Below the pieces are notes generated by a model. That model was not told the DNA's origin. It worked only from the letters and a program-made list of their open reading frames with translations, and did no database searches. 64,000 bases of DNA, taken from positions 127,472,001 to 127,536,000 of the forward strand of contig NC_042999.1 in NCBI RefSeq assembly GCF_006345805.1, read 5' to 3'. This document shows positions 38,000 to 50,360 of the stretch, one piece after another (position 1 is the stretch's first letter; each line of letters opens with the position of its first letter). The DNA is from Octopus sinensis. Taxonomy: Eukaryota. The position numbers and the translations under genes were made by a program.

Positions 38000-39572
38000 T
38001 TGTTGACTAACCCTTTGTACACTCACCTTTCCTACTTCTCTTATGAAACCTTCCCCCACTGTGTCTCATTCCAAATACCATGAACTAAAAGCATTTCCGA
38101 ATTCTTCGTTCTTTAGAACTTCAATTCCTCTGGAGCCCTTTTTCCCCCACTCACATCTCTCTTTTCCCCATAACTGTGCTAACCTGAACAAATTCAAACA
38201 TACTCCTGTTTTTATGATTTTCTCTGAACATTGCACGGAATAACCTCAGACAATCATTCCTGAATCCCATTCTAGGATTGGCTGCAAAAGCTATTTACTC
38301 AGCCCCTTCCCTTCAGCAGAATAGGGCTTGGGATAGAGCTACCATTTGCATTTATTGTCCATGTTATGCTGCCACACACACACTGTCAACGCTTTTAAAA
38401 ATGACTTTCTGCAAAATAGTTTGCCTTAGTTTCATGAATTACTACTGTCTTTGAGTTGAGCAAGTTCTTGAAATGGCAGTTTTGCTTGACTAAGCTTAAA
38501 TAGAAGCAAGGACAAATTATTAGTTGCTTAAACAAGGCTTTATCTTTCTGTTCAGTGATAGCACAAGAACAAGACTTCTTGTATTTGTTTATGTTCATGT
38601 TTATCACTATGTGAAATAGGGTAGATGTAAGAAAGAAGAGATTGTGATAGAAGAAAAACAACAAAAGCAAAAGTAAAGATAAATGCATACACAAAAAAAA
38701 AAGTTAACAAATTACGGCCTTTCCTGCTGCTTGATCTGTTCTTCATATAGATTTATTTTCTCATGTCTTTTTAAAACCATATCAGAAAGAGATAAAAGCT
38801 GAGACAGAAAATACAGAAACAGCGTGCGCACACTCACGCATGCACACACGGTTTGGCACTGAATATTGTTCATGGCGTTGGTATTAGAATAAGTAAATAA
38901 GTGTAATATTTGAAATTAATAGCTGATTTGTTGAACAACTAACTTTGATCAATAAGTTCTTTGGCAAGAATTGTTAGCTGAAAATCACGAAAAATGCTGC
39001 CAGAATTACCAAGGGTATTTCTGTTGCTTTACTCTCTACCAGCTAAAAGTACACAGGAGAATAGAATAAAATTAGACCCAACAAGTTTTATAAAAATATC
39101 TTTTCCATTGATTTCAGTATATTAAGTTGAACAATATCACTGTATATAATATTATTAGCTATTGTTAATCTTCTTAAGATTTTCTTTACATTTTAAAAAC
39201 AACAGCAAAAAAAAAAAGTCATCTTATTTTTAATATCTTATGTTCAGTTATGTACTTAGTTGTTTCTAAATACTTTGGATTTGTTTAGCATTTGTCATAT
39301 ATATTTTGATATGTTCAGGTTTCTCTATAAGTGCTAAACTTCTTTCTTTCTCTTGTTTTACTTGAGGCAGAGACTGAGGTTGTTACAAGTCAATGTCTTA
39401 ATCATCAACTGTATAGTGTAGATAAGTTAGCAACTAAACCAGTTTTTGAGACTCTTTGAGATCATTCAGCTTGCTAGAAATAACAGCTAATTAAATGTTA
39501 CTCAGAATGTGCTCCAGCATCTTAAATATGGGAAGAACACATTAGATAATGTGATCCTAGATAGCACCCCCC

Positions 39573-39610
<38 letters not shown>

Positions 39611-40036
39611 TGTATATCTTCGTCAGTATGAGGTCTTACCTGAAGATCTTACTGTTCATAAGATGTGATACCAGTTCTTGAGACTATGAAGGGAAACTCT
39701 ATGTGCTAGAAATAACAGCCAAGTATTATTCAGGTTATGATCCAGCACTTTAAATATGGGAAGGAAACATTAGATGTAATCCTAGATACCATTAAAAAGA
39801 CAATACCTTTGCTCATATATCCATACAATTGGAACTGACTCGAGGTTAAACAACAACAAATACACATTTACTATTTTTGTTTTCCATTAATGTGTGTGTA
39901 TACAGTTGGGTATTTGTTTATGGTATTTATCTAATCAAATGTGACATAGAATGTGTACGGTCATAACATTGTAAAGCAGTTTGCCTAATCCTGGTCTTTT
40001 TAGGGAGGACCCTATCGATAAATTATCTTCAATATT

Positions 40037-40445
40037 CAGGCATGGCCATGTGCTAAGAAGTTTGCTTTCCAACCACATGGTTTTGGGTTCAGTCCTATTG
40101 TGTGGCACTTTGGGCAATTGTCATCTATTATAGCTCTGGGCTGACCAAAGCCTTGTGAGTGGATTTGATTGATAGAAATTAAGAGAGGCTTGGCATATGT
40201 GTGTGTGTGTTACTGTCTTTTTGTCTTTACATTGAGTGATAGTTATAAGCGAGTGTCATTGTCGTGCAAGTGGTGTCCTTTGTTTCCAATCTTCCAAGAC
40301 ACACTTGTTCATAGGGAATCTTACCTTGCCTGGAAACAGGTGAGGGTTGGCTATAGGAAGGGTATCCAGTCATAGAAAATCAACCTCAACTAATTCTGTC
40401 CAACACAGGTAAGAATGGATAAGTGAACACTAATTAATGATGATT
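40037..40445 (+). mobile_element. SINE family A2
   Basis: A head, then ttaccttgcctggaaacaggtgagggttggc..aggaagggtatccag..tagaaaatc tail. Confidence 0.75.
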
Positions 40446-40599
40446 TATGCTCATGAAAATGCTGCACTATAATTTTATTTATGTGCAATATGTGTTGATG
40501 TTTTACAACCATGGCTAGACAAATATATGTCTTCATGAACCAGGGAAAGAGTTTCTATGGTACCCTAGTCTATTGCTCTCGGCTGTCCTTTTCACCTCA

Positions 40600-41005
40600 C
40601 ACCTGTTCATACTTGCACTTTATAGTATTGGAGAGCCCTAGATCCTCCACCTCAACTTATACAACCCAACCTATTGCTTTTCAACTCTACTCTCCCCTTT
40701 TTCTCAACCCTGTTACTAATTCTTCCTTCTCTCTCTAGTTCTCTGCCATACTCCACCATCTTCTCTTCTTAGCATCCATTATCCCTCCACCCAGGGACAT
40801 TGCCCACTTTCTCTTCTGTTCTCTCTTTGATATAAGGGACCTTAACTTCACATGTAATGAAGCAGTCATCATTAGTGACACAAACAAAGTATCCTTTATA
40901 TTCCATAAAGTGTTTGGTGTCAGTAAAGACATCCTTCTGTACAACCCATAAAGTTACGGTTAGAGTTAGACTGCATGCTAAAGTGTAAATTTGCAGGTAA
41001 ACCAC
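40600..41005 (-). mobile_element. Decayed RTE-like LINE RT C-terminal fragment
   Basis: QIYTL...LWVVQK...CVTNDDCFITCEVKVPYIKERTEEK and KKRRWW resemble the RTE pattern IY..V...L...W...GVT..DxI....V..I.E...RLRW. Confidence 0.5.
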
Positions 41006-41412
41006 ACACTAAAATAACATCTACACATGTACCCTGGCCTCTGTCAGTTTTAACTGTTGAGGATTCAGATGCTTGATCTATTGATTAACCTATTCATTAA
41101 ATTTGCAAGTGGTTGAGTATTTCACAGATATATGTATTCTTTACACAATTCTTAGGTAGAATCAGTTTGGCAGTGTGTGACATTGCTGTACCCTTTGAAT
41201 AACAGTTACAATCAATCCAGCAGGTTTCCATCTACCCAGTTGCTGGAAATGTTGCTTGGTAGGATTGAACCTGAGACCTTGTGATTGTAAAGCAAACTTC
41301 TTAACTATTTCCCCCTGTTGCATCTTAGAGGATGGATAGTTATAAAAGTATTTGTATGGTTAAATTCTTTGCAGTGATCTGCTGCATCATTTTGTAAAGT
41401 GATTCAGTTTAA

Positions 41413-41639
41413 TTACCCTTCAGCATTTAAACCAACCATATCCAAACCAAACATTCTGCCTATTTTATACTCAAAATAGCCTGATAGAGCTTCTCACATC
41501 TACCCTACAGTGTCAATCGAAAATTAAACAATCACATCATCAAAATCTCAAAGCTATGAGATAATACATGATTAATTCAAAACAATGTGAATAAAAAAGC
41601 ATTACATTTGACAGATTAATTTGAATGCTAAAGGGTTAA
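41413..41639. mobile_element. piggyBac-type MITE, complete, opposite orientation to 21415
   Basis: cccttcagcatttaaa ... ttgaatgctaaagggttaa; interior is the reverse complement of 21415-21642. Confidence 0.85.
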
Positions 41640-42018
41640 ACTACAGAATGACACATTAATTTCCAGTGAGTTCTACCATAGAAGTGACTGTTTTTCCCTC
41701 TCTTTTCTTAAATATTCTACTGACATCTAACAGCTCTGGGGTGCAGTCCTGTAGAGGACCAGTAATAGGATATGAAATAAGATACCTTTAGCTAAGAAGC
41801 CATAATTTATTATTGCAATTCATGGTTGAGTGGTTAGTGGTTGGAGGGTATCCAGCTGTAAAAACAATTGCTCCAATAACAACATAATCTAATTCATTCA
41901 TGCTAGCAAGAAAAAGTAAAGAAAAGGAAGAACGGAAACTGTAGATGTCAAATGTAGAAAAAAAGTAAAAAATTAGATGGTAAAATGTTTGTGTTAACTT
42001 TAATTTCTCAATATTATT

Positions 42019-42393
42019 TGTGGCTGTGAGGTAAAGAAGCTTGCTTCCCAACCATGTGGTCTTGCGTTCAGTCTCAATGCATGGCACTTTGGTCAAGTGT
42101 CTTTTATAGTAGTCCCAGGCCAACTGAAGCCTTGCGAGTGGATTTGGTTGTTGGAAAACTGAAAGAAGTGTCTGCGTGTGTGAACCTTTGTCTAGATATC
42201 ACGTTGGTTGTAAATGAGCATCATTGCCGTTGTTTCCAGTTTTCTGGGAAAATATTACCTTACTTGAAGACAGGTGAGGGATGGTGACAGAAAGAGCATC
42301 TGACTAGAAATCAGCCTCCACAAATTCCGTTCGACCCATGCAAGCATGAAAAAGTAGATTTTAAATAATGATGATGAGGATGATGATGATGAT
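42019..42393 (+). mobile_element. SINE family A2
   Basis: A head, A2 body and tail gacccatgcaagcatgaaaaag...atgatgatg. Confidence 0.8.
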
Positions 42394-42494
42394 TATGTAC
42401 TGTGTTAAAGAATCTAAAAGAAATGCAGTTCTATTTCCTCTCTAATACTAATATTAAGTATTTTTATGGTTAGATTTTATGTATAATAAATAAC

Positions 42495-42817
42495 TCCTTC
42501 AGTCATGAATGACTGTACCTAGAAAGTTACTCTCTGAGGTTCAAGTCCGGGCAAGGTTGTTTGTGAAAGACCAACAGTCACCCATGCATGTCAGCCTCCC
42601 CTCTCCACACCACTGATGTTGTCTAATGGAAAGGCAAAGACTGATACAGCTTGGCGCCAGTGACATTGTAACTCGTTTCTACAGCAGAGTTAACTGGAGC
42701 AACATGAAATAAAGTGTCTTCTTACTAAATAATACAACACAGCCTCATCTGGGAATCAAACTCACAACTTCACAGCTGTAAGCCTGACATTCTAACCACT
42801 GAGCCATGGACCTTCAC
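42495..42817 (-). mobile_element. SINE family C
   Basis: Reverse complement of the 35556 copy; ends ctaaccactgagccatggaccttcac. Confidence 0.8.
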
Positions 42818-43269
42818 TATAATTTATAATGTCATTCTCTAAAAAGAATTATAAATCTCTATCTTGGAATCATTATAAGTGTTCAAAATGAAAACAGGAT
42901 TTATATTTTATTTTTGTATCCATCCGGTTGGGTTTCCAGTTGCTATTAAGTTGATATTCGTTTCAAATTTTGGCACAAAGTCAACAATTTTGAGGAAGAT
43001 GGTAAGTTGATTACATCAACCCCAGTATTCAACTGGTACTTATTTTATCTACTTTGAAAGGATATAAGGTAAAGTCAGTCTCTGTGGAATTGGAACTCAG
43101 AACTTAAAATTGGACAAAATACAGCTGAGCAGTTTGCCTGGCACACTAATGAATGTGTCCAAGAAATGATAGCAACTGCTCGGTCATACTGAAAAGACAG
43201 TATTTCTAAGGTAGAGCAAAGTTACATGAACTTCATTATCAAAATGTATCTTGCATTTTTTAATATTTT

Positions 43270-43970
43270 CTTTTGCTCTATCCAGTGACTGGACTGTGGC
43301 CGTGCTAAGGTTCCACCTTTAAGGATTTTATTCAAATGAATCAATCCCAGTACTTATTTTTGAATCTTGGTACTTACTCTATTGTTCTCTTTGCTGAACT
43401 GTTAAGTTACAGGGATGCAAACTAACCAGTACTGGTTATCAAGCAGTGGTGGGGGACAAAAACACACACACATTAATACATGCATATATATATATATACT
43501 GGCACTCAGTCAATTATGACAAGAATTCCTGTTGATCATACCAACGGAACAGCCTGCTTGTGAAATTAATATGCATCCGGCTGAGTACTCCACAGACATG
43601 TGTACCCTTAACATAGTTCTCAGGGAGATTCAGTATGACAAGGCTGGTCCTTTGAAATACAAGTACTACTCATTTTTTCCAGTTGAGTTGACTGGAGCAA
43701 CATGAAATAAAGAATCTTGCTCAAGGACACAGTGCATTGCTGGGAATTGAACTCACAACCTTGCAATCGTGAGCTGAACACCCTAACCACTAATTAATTA
43801 ATTATATAAATACACACACACACACACACACACATATGATGGGTTTCTTTCAGTTTTCTATCTATCAGATCCAAGACATTCGCCCAAGATGGCATACTGT
43901 GGGACTGAACCCAGAAACATGTGGTTGGAACACAAACTTCTTACCATTATCACACAGACGTGCCTGTGCC
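43270..43970 (-). mobile_element. SINE family A interrupted by another SINE
   Basis: A tail at 43270-43500 and A head at 43810-43970 flank an unrelated insert. Confidence 0.75.
43501..43790 (-). mobile_element. SINE family C variant nested in the microsatellite of a SINE A
   Basis: ctcattttttccagttgagttgactggagcaac core and gggaattgaactc B-box complement; a related tail lies at ~41020-41230. Confidence 0.8.
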
Positions 43971-44893
43971 TATATCACCATAATTTGCTGAGTTAATGAA
44001 ACTGATGGCTTTAAAAGACTCTCACGGAAATAGTTTATCAATGCTAGACATGTATATATCACCATGGCAATAGTTCGTTAATGCCTAGACATATAAATAT
44101 CATTTATACTTAAAATGGTTTATCATAACAAATTACAGTCGTGAGTAATTTACATGAAGAAGACAGACAGCAACGTGCCACACAGGGTCAAACGATTAAT
44201 TGAAGTTTTCTGTTCTCAAAGTTTTTTCTTCTTTTTTAGTGTCTGTGTGTGTGTATGCGTGTGTTTGTATGTTTATAAGCCTTCAATTTTATATTGTCTC
44301 CATAAAGGTTAAAAACAGCATTAAGAGAGCCTGCTTAGTTCTGTCATATTAACTTTCTGTAAGTCTTATTCTGAAGAATCTCACAATACTTTTAGTTACG
44401 TACTTCTGTTCCATGGAAGCTGTCGGCTTCTTTGACATGTATATAATTTAGATGTCAGTGTTGTCTAGCCTGTAGAACACAAGACTGTGATTGTAAAGAG
44501 AACTGGTTCAATTACAACTGTCAGCTTGCCTTTTACTGATACATCATTAAAATTATGATCAAGTGTGGGTGAGCACTAGATATAAATGTTTGATTATCTA
44601 ATTTTTTAAAGTAATTTTAAAGCATTTTTTTCTATTCTTAGTTTAGGTAGGATAACCTTATTGATATAGATACTTCCAGTAATGTTGATTGTCAATGGGA
44701 ACAATTACCTACTTCCAGAAATAAATCAATATATATACTATTAAAAGTATTCTGATTTAAAGAAACTCATAAACATGCCAAGGACCAAGAGAATGCTTTT
44801 GATTAATTGAGTTATAAAAGATTATTTTCAATTTAGAGGCTTTTGTTTAGTACTAAAAGTGCAGTGTGCAGTATTAGCTTTACTGATAAATAA

Positions 44894-44943
<50 letters not shown>

Positions 44944-45072
44944 AAATCAGTCAATGACTTCTCTCTTTTTCATGCATGTTAAATAGGATTGGGTAATCCA
45001 CATTATTGCTGGTGATACTCATCACCACTGAACTGCAACGATGTAAATCTTAGACTTCTCTGCATTTACTGT

Positions 45073-45104
<32 letters not shown>

Positions 45105-45473
45105 TATAAAAGGAGCCAAAAATACTGGAGATTAAGTATACACCACATGGCAAAATTATGAGTTGAAAATATGATGTGGCAAGCATATATAAAAAGTGGA
45201 AGAGAAATGCCTTCGTTTCACATAGTTTAATATCTTTTTATAAAGAAATTTTTTTGTAATATATACATATTTTATGGATGTAGTGATATCCAACCAGTTT
45301 TCGCTATTTAAATTAGCTTTTCAAGGGACATTGTGAAGTAATCGAAGGACACACACATATATGCATATATGCACATATATGCCGTTAGGCATAGCGATAT
45401 CAATAACCGGTGTTAAAACTCAGTATACATGTACGCGAGAATAAAGCTTTAGATGAGTACAAAGCATAATATA

Positions 45474-45751
45474 ATATGAAATGAAATGCATGTCAAGGGA
45501 ACAAGAAATTATGCAATGGACTTCATTAGCTTACAAGATGCACTGCACTCAGAACTGAATGCTTGTGCATGAGCTGATAACTTCCTTGAAACTTCTAAAA
45601 TAAAATGCAAGTTTATTTGGGAAAGCATTTACATATAAAGAAAAGGACATCCTTGAAAAATATAAAAATACATAAGAAATTGAGCATAGAGTTTGAAGGA
45701 TAAAAGCTACTCTCAGAAATATGTAGATTTAGGTAATTTTGTTTGTATATA

Positions 45752-45782
<31 letters not shown>

Positions 45783-45968
45783 GTGTGTATACGAAGGTGC
45801 ATGATGAACCCCTGCATATACACTTCATCTTAGAAGCTCTGAGGAAGTTATAAGGTGATGCACAACCACTCGGCTCTGAGCACACTGCATCTGCAACAGA
45901 AACAGCTGTAAGCTAATGATGTTCATTGCATAATTTCCTGTTCATTTGTCATTTATTTAATTTCATAT
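45474..45968. repeat. Long imperfect inverted repeat (arms ~45474-45610 and ~45818-45968)
   Basis: gaaattatgcaatggacttcattagcttaca pairs with tgtaagctaatgatgttcattgcataatttc; ttgtgcatgagctgataacttcct pairs with aggaagttataaggtgatgcacaa. Confidence 0.85.
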
Positions 45969-46117
45969 ATATCCTTCATGTTTGCTTATGGGAAACATTT
46001 TTGAATGTGTTACAAAAGATCCTACTTTATTATGTCACCTACAGCTTAATGATACCAACAGTCAGTAGCAGTTTTATGGGGTTGTACCAAGCTGTGTCAA
46101 TATAATGTAGGGTAGAT

Positions 46118-46151
<34 letters not shown>

Positions 46152-46152
<1 letters not shown>

Positions 46153-46348
46153 TTCCAATTTTTTCTCAAGAGCAGCTTAGGGGGGGGGATTATACTGACC
46201 CCAGTGTGTAACTAATACTTATTTAATCAACCCTGAAAGGATGAGAGGCAAGATTGACCTTGGCAGAATTTGAACTCAGAACGTAGCAGTAGATGAAATA
46301 CTGCTAAGTATTTCACCCAGTGCACTAACAATTTTGCCAGTTCTCCAC
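46152..46348 (-). mobile_element. SINE family B
   Basis: ccctgaaaggatgagaggcaagattgaccttggcagaatttgaactcagaacg. Confidence 0.8.
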
Positions 46349-46764
46349 TTTAATAATAATAATCCATGGATAGAATTTATAAATATTATAATACATCATT
46401 ATGTGCATTTCCACTATCTACTGTCCTCCTCTCTCTTTGTTACTCTCTCTCCTAACTTGTGTAATGGATGGGAGAGGGCATTGGATCTGTCTTTATCCAA
46501 ACCTTCCTTGCTAACACCCTTTATCACTTGGCTTCTCTCCCATCACACTTGCCTTGACATTACATGGTAGTTGTAAATGAGTGTCGTTGTCATACAAGCA
46601 GTGTCCTTCATCAACAAAATTCTGTCAAAATCTGTCTGACCCACGGGGAAAATATTACCCTACTTGGATACAGGTGTGAGGGTTGACAGCAGGAAGGGCA
46701 TCTAGCCATAGAAAGTCTACTTCAATAAGCTTTATCTGACCTATGTAAGTATGGAAAAGTGAAT

Positions 46765-46921
46765 GGTGGCTGTGTGGTAAGTAGCTTGCTTACCAACCAC
46801 ATGGTTCCGGGTTCAGTCCCACTGCATGGCACCTTAGGCAAGTGTCTTCTACTATAGCCTCGGGCCAACCAAAGCCTTGTGAGTGGATTTGGTAGACAGA
46901 AACTGAAAGAAGCCCATTGTA

Positions 46922-46976
<55 letters not shown>

Positions 46977-47188
46977 ATGTTTGTGTGTCTGTTTATATAC
47001 CCCAACATTGCTTGACAACCGATGTTGGTGTGTTTACATTCCCGTAACTTAGCGGTTTGGCAAAAGAGACCGATAGAATAAGTACTAGGCATATAAAGGA
47101 TGAGTCCTGGGGTTGATTTGCTCGACTAAAAGCAGTGCTCCAGCATGGCCGCAGTCAAATGACTGAAACGAGTAATAGAGTAAAAGAG
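46765..47188 (+). mobile_element. Near full-length, well-preserved SINE family A placed at the tail of an A2 fragment
   Basis: tggctgtgtgg A box, ggttcagtcc B box, internal (TA)n(TG)n and taatagagtaaaagag tail; A2 3' half lies immediately upstream (~46555-46760). Confidence 0.92.
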
Positions 47189-47868
47189 TTAAAATAATGA
47201 TGGCTATGATGATGATGATGAAGATCACACACATACATTGTAGAGCATTTAAGGACATGTAAACTGAAAGTACTAATATTTAGTATTCCATGTTAAAATA
47301 ATTAATCCAAGTGCTGTTTAGTCTCTAATTTGATGTCGCTGCTCGTAAGTTGTGATGTTTTTATTCAGTGGAGATGCTTTCTCCTGCTGAAATGGAATTA
47401 ATTTCTCTCTCTCTGGCTGCCCCCCCTCTCTCTCTCTCAAATGAAGAGTATTGACATATATAAATAGACTGGAGTAGTAGTGGGAAGGTAAATACTAATT
47501 TCCTCCAACTACATCAGCTTATTTAAGTTTGTCCATCTGTTGAGGAGATTAAGTTCTTGTACCTATGCTATCACCTGCAGGGCAACAGGCTATGGGCTAA
47601 TGCTTCTCCCTCCACATACACGCACAAATATATAAATTCATACACAATTCTTTGTGTAAGTATGTATGTGTTTAATCTATTTGTGTGTTGTTAGAGTTCC
47701 TTCTATGCAACAGGAAGTTTTTTTGTTTTTTTTTAATGTTTTTGTTCCCTACATCAGATCCATCACATACATGTCACTTCAATGTTATTGTCTAGTCTAG
47801 TTGGGGAAGGCCAAAATCTGTTGGGGATTTCCTTACAGCTGTGCTTGCTGTAGTAAGTTAATGACATC

Positions 47869-47935
47869 ATGGTTATTGATAGCAAGCTGCTATCAACAGG
47901 GGAGGAGATGACAGAGTACTTGACAACAGATATTC
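47869..47935 (+). CDS. Candidate short coding exon (MVIDSKLLSTGEEMTEYLTTDI, phase 1)
   Basis: In-frame TAG TAA upstream of the ATG, 22 open codons of ordinary composition in non-repeat DNA, consensus donor GTAAGT at 47936. No homology recognised. Confidence 0.4.
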
Positions 47936-48189
47936 GTAAGTAGACTCAGGACATAGGAGAGAGATACATACACAAAATGCACATTTAGTAGACTCTTAAA
48001 CAGTCTTTTTAATTCTTGTTGCTTCTGCTGCTGCTGCTATTGCTTCCACTGAAGTGGCACATGGCCAGCAAGCACAAACAGAAAACAGCTATGTTTTAGT
48101 TTGTGAAGCATCAAGGACATGTTTCTGTAGAATTCACATCCACATAGAAATAAGTTACCAATAATTTTACAAATGTGGGGATTTGTTCA

Positions 48190-48209
48190 ATGAGAATTTC
48201 GTTACAGAG
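48190..48209 (+). CDS. Candidate very short first coding exon (MRISLQ+AG, phase 2)
   Basis: Strong donor GAG|GTAAGC at 48210 with an ATG 20 nt upstream; the exon could equally be non-coding. Confidence 0.2.
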
Positions 48210-50044
48210 GTAAGCTGGAAGGTTTCTTTGTTGTAAAGGAATATTTTATTGAAATAAAACGATTCCAGTTTCTTAGTTGGCAAGTTAAAAATAAATATTG
48301 TCAAATCTAGTAATTTTAGTCTTTTTATCATAAGAGAGCATATTGTTCTGATTGTGTTCAAAAATGAGTTGTTTTCTGTATTTCATTTCTATTTTGTTTC
48401 ACCTAATTTTTTTTTCTAGATTTTTGTATTCAATTTCTTTCAGAGAAGTAATTTTAAATAGAATTAGAACTACAGGGAATTCTAACACTGAAATCATAAA
48501 TTCACATTATATTACAAAACTAACATTTTAAAGTAATCATTAAAAAATTTGTTATGATGTTTATTTTCAATACCATATAACACTTCAAGAAAGAGCTGTA
48601 ATTAAGTTGAAATTTTTAAATCAACAGTTTCTGGGAAAGTTAGTGCCAGTTTTTCTGTTCAAATGACTTACTTCTTGTGCACAAATACACTTCTCAATTT
48701 CTGTTTTGAATTAAGATTTTGTTTCAGTGAACCAAGTACTGTAATCTGGTTTTATCATTTTCTTACTCTTTCTGTTGGAAATGATAAAGAGAAGATTTAT
48801 CATCATCGTCATCACCACCACCACTGCTATCATCATCATCATGGTTAGTAGGTTGGCCAAATTGTAAGAATACCAGGAAACATGCATTAAGATATTTGTA
48901 CCAGCTCTTTACATCCTGGTTTCAAATCTTGATGAGGTCAGCTTTGCTTTTCTCCTTTTTCAAGTCACTAATATAAAAGTACCTGAAATTGCTGGCTTTG
49001 TGCCAAAGTTAGAATGATTTATTACAGATAACAGTAATATTGGTTTCAAATTTTGGCACAAAGTCAATAATCTCGGCGGAGGGGTAAGTCGATTACATCG
49101 ACGCCATCATATGTGTGTGTGTGTCTCCCACCATGACAGCCAGTGCTGGTTTGTTTACATCTCCATAGCTCACAGTTCAGCAAAAGAGACCAATAGAATA
49201 AGTACAAGCTCAACTAATAATTTTTATTAGCAACCTCAAAAGGATGAAAGGGAAGATTTACCTCGGGTGCAACTTGAACCCAGAACAGAAAGACGAATGA
49301 AATGCTGCTAATGGTTTTGCTCAGCATGCTAATGGTTTTGCCAACTCATCACCCTCCAAATAATAGTAATATTATTAATGGTGGTATTTGATATTTGGCT
49401 TCTTATTTTGCTAGTTAATAGTTTTCAATGGTTACTTCTTAAGCACAAAGGAAAAACATGAATTTTTATGAAGCACATAGACAATAAAGTATGGAAAACT
49501 GTCAAAGATCAGAAAGATGATATTTCAAATGTAGGCATTTTCTGCATTGCAGAAGCATTGCATTCTTGAAAATCTTATTGTGTAATGTGGAATTCTGTAG
49601 TGCAACATATACAATGGGAAAATAGGTTTCATTTTATGGAATTCTGCATAATGGCAAGATTCTCATGAACATAAGATTTCCATAATATTGGAGATGCTTG
49701 TTTGATGGAGGCCTTTTTTCTTTTTTTATCATGGATTAAAAGTTTTTTTTCCCCCATGGTTTAGTTAGAGGATAAAGAGCAATTTCTCTGACCTTCACAC
49801 GGCCCTTGCAGGATCTGTGAAACTATGGGGAAGAAAAGGAGGAAAGAATTTCTACTCTTAGCTTGCTGTAGTAATGAGAAACACACATGTCTTCAATAAT
49901 AGAAAGGACTTCACCAAAAGTATCCAAGAGCCAGGTGGAGACGTTAAACTAAGTGACACAGCTACTACTTGAGAACAAATTCCATTTAACAGGCTTCCAC
50001 AGTTTCCATCTAATTATACTTTCAAGGTTTGTGGTGACCTGGGG

Positions 50045-50360
50045 TTCTTTGGATGTTGTTATCTGAGATTTGCTCATGTAGAGAAACACCAAGAATCTGA
50101 CAATGACACTGTGTATGGAACATCTTGAGCTTGATCAGATTTTGTCTGATAATGGTCCAGGTTTCAGCACTGTAAAGGAGGACAGGCAGAACCAACATGT
50201 GGGAAAGAGAGATCTTGATCCTTAGGGAGATGTTGAGCTTCTTCCAGACACACCATGAATTGAAAAGTGTGGAATAACATCATCACCCGAATCCATCATC
50301 CAGCAGCATTCACAGCAGTGCATTGGTTGAGAGGACAGCCTCCCCCTCCAGTTGCCAGCT
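50045..50360 (-). mobile_element. RTE-like LINE RT C-terminal fragment
   Basis: Translates VWKKLNISLRIKISLSHMLVLPVLLYSAETWTIIRQNLIKLKMFHTQCHCQILGVSLHEQISD, matching the RTE pattern W...IS.RTK....LV.PVLLYG.ETWT....L..F...C.R.ILG. Confidence 0.85.
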
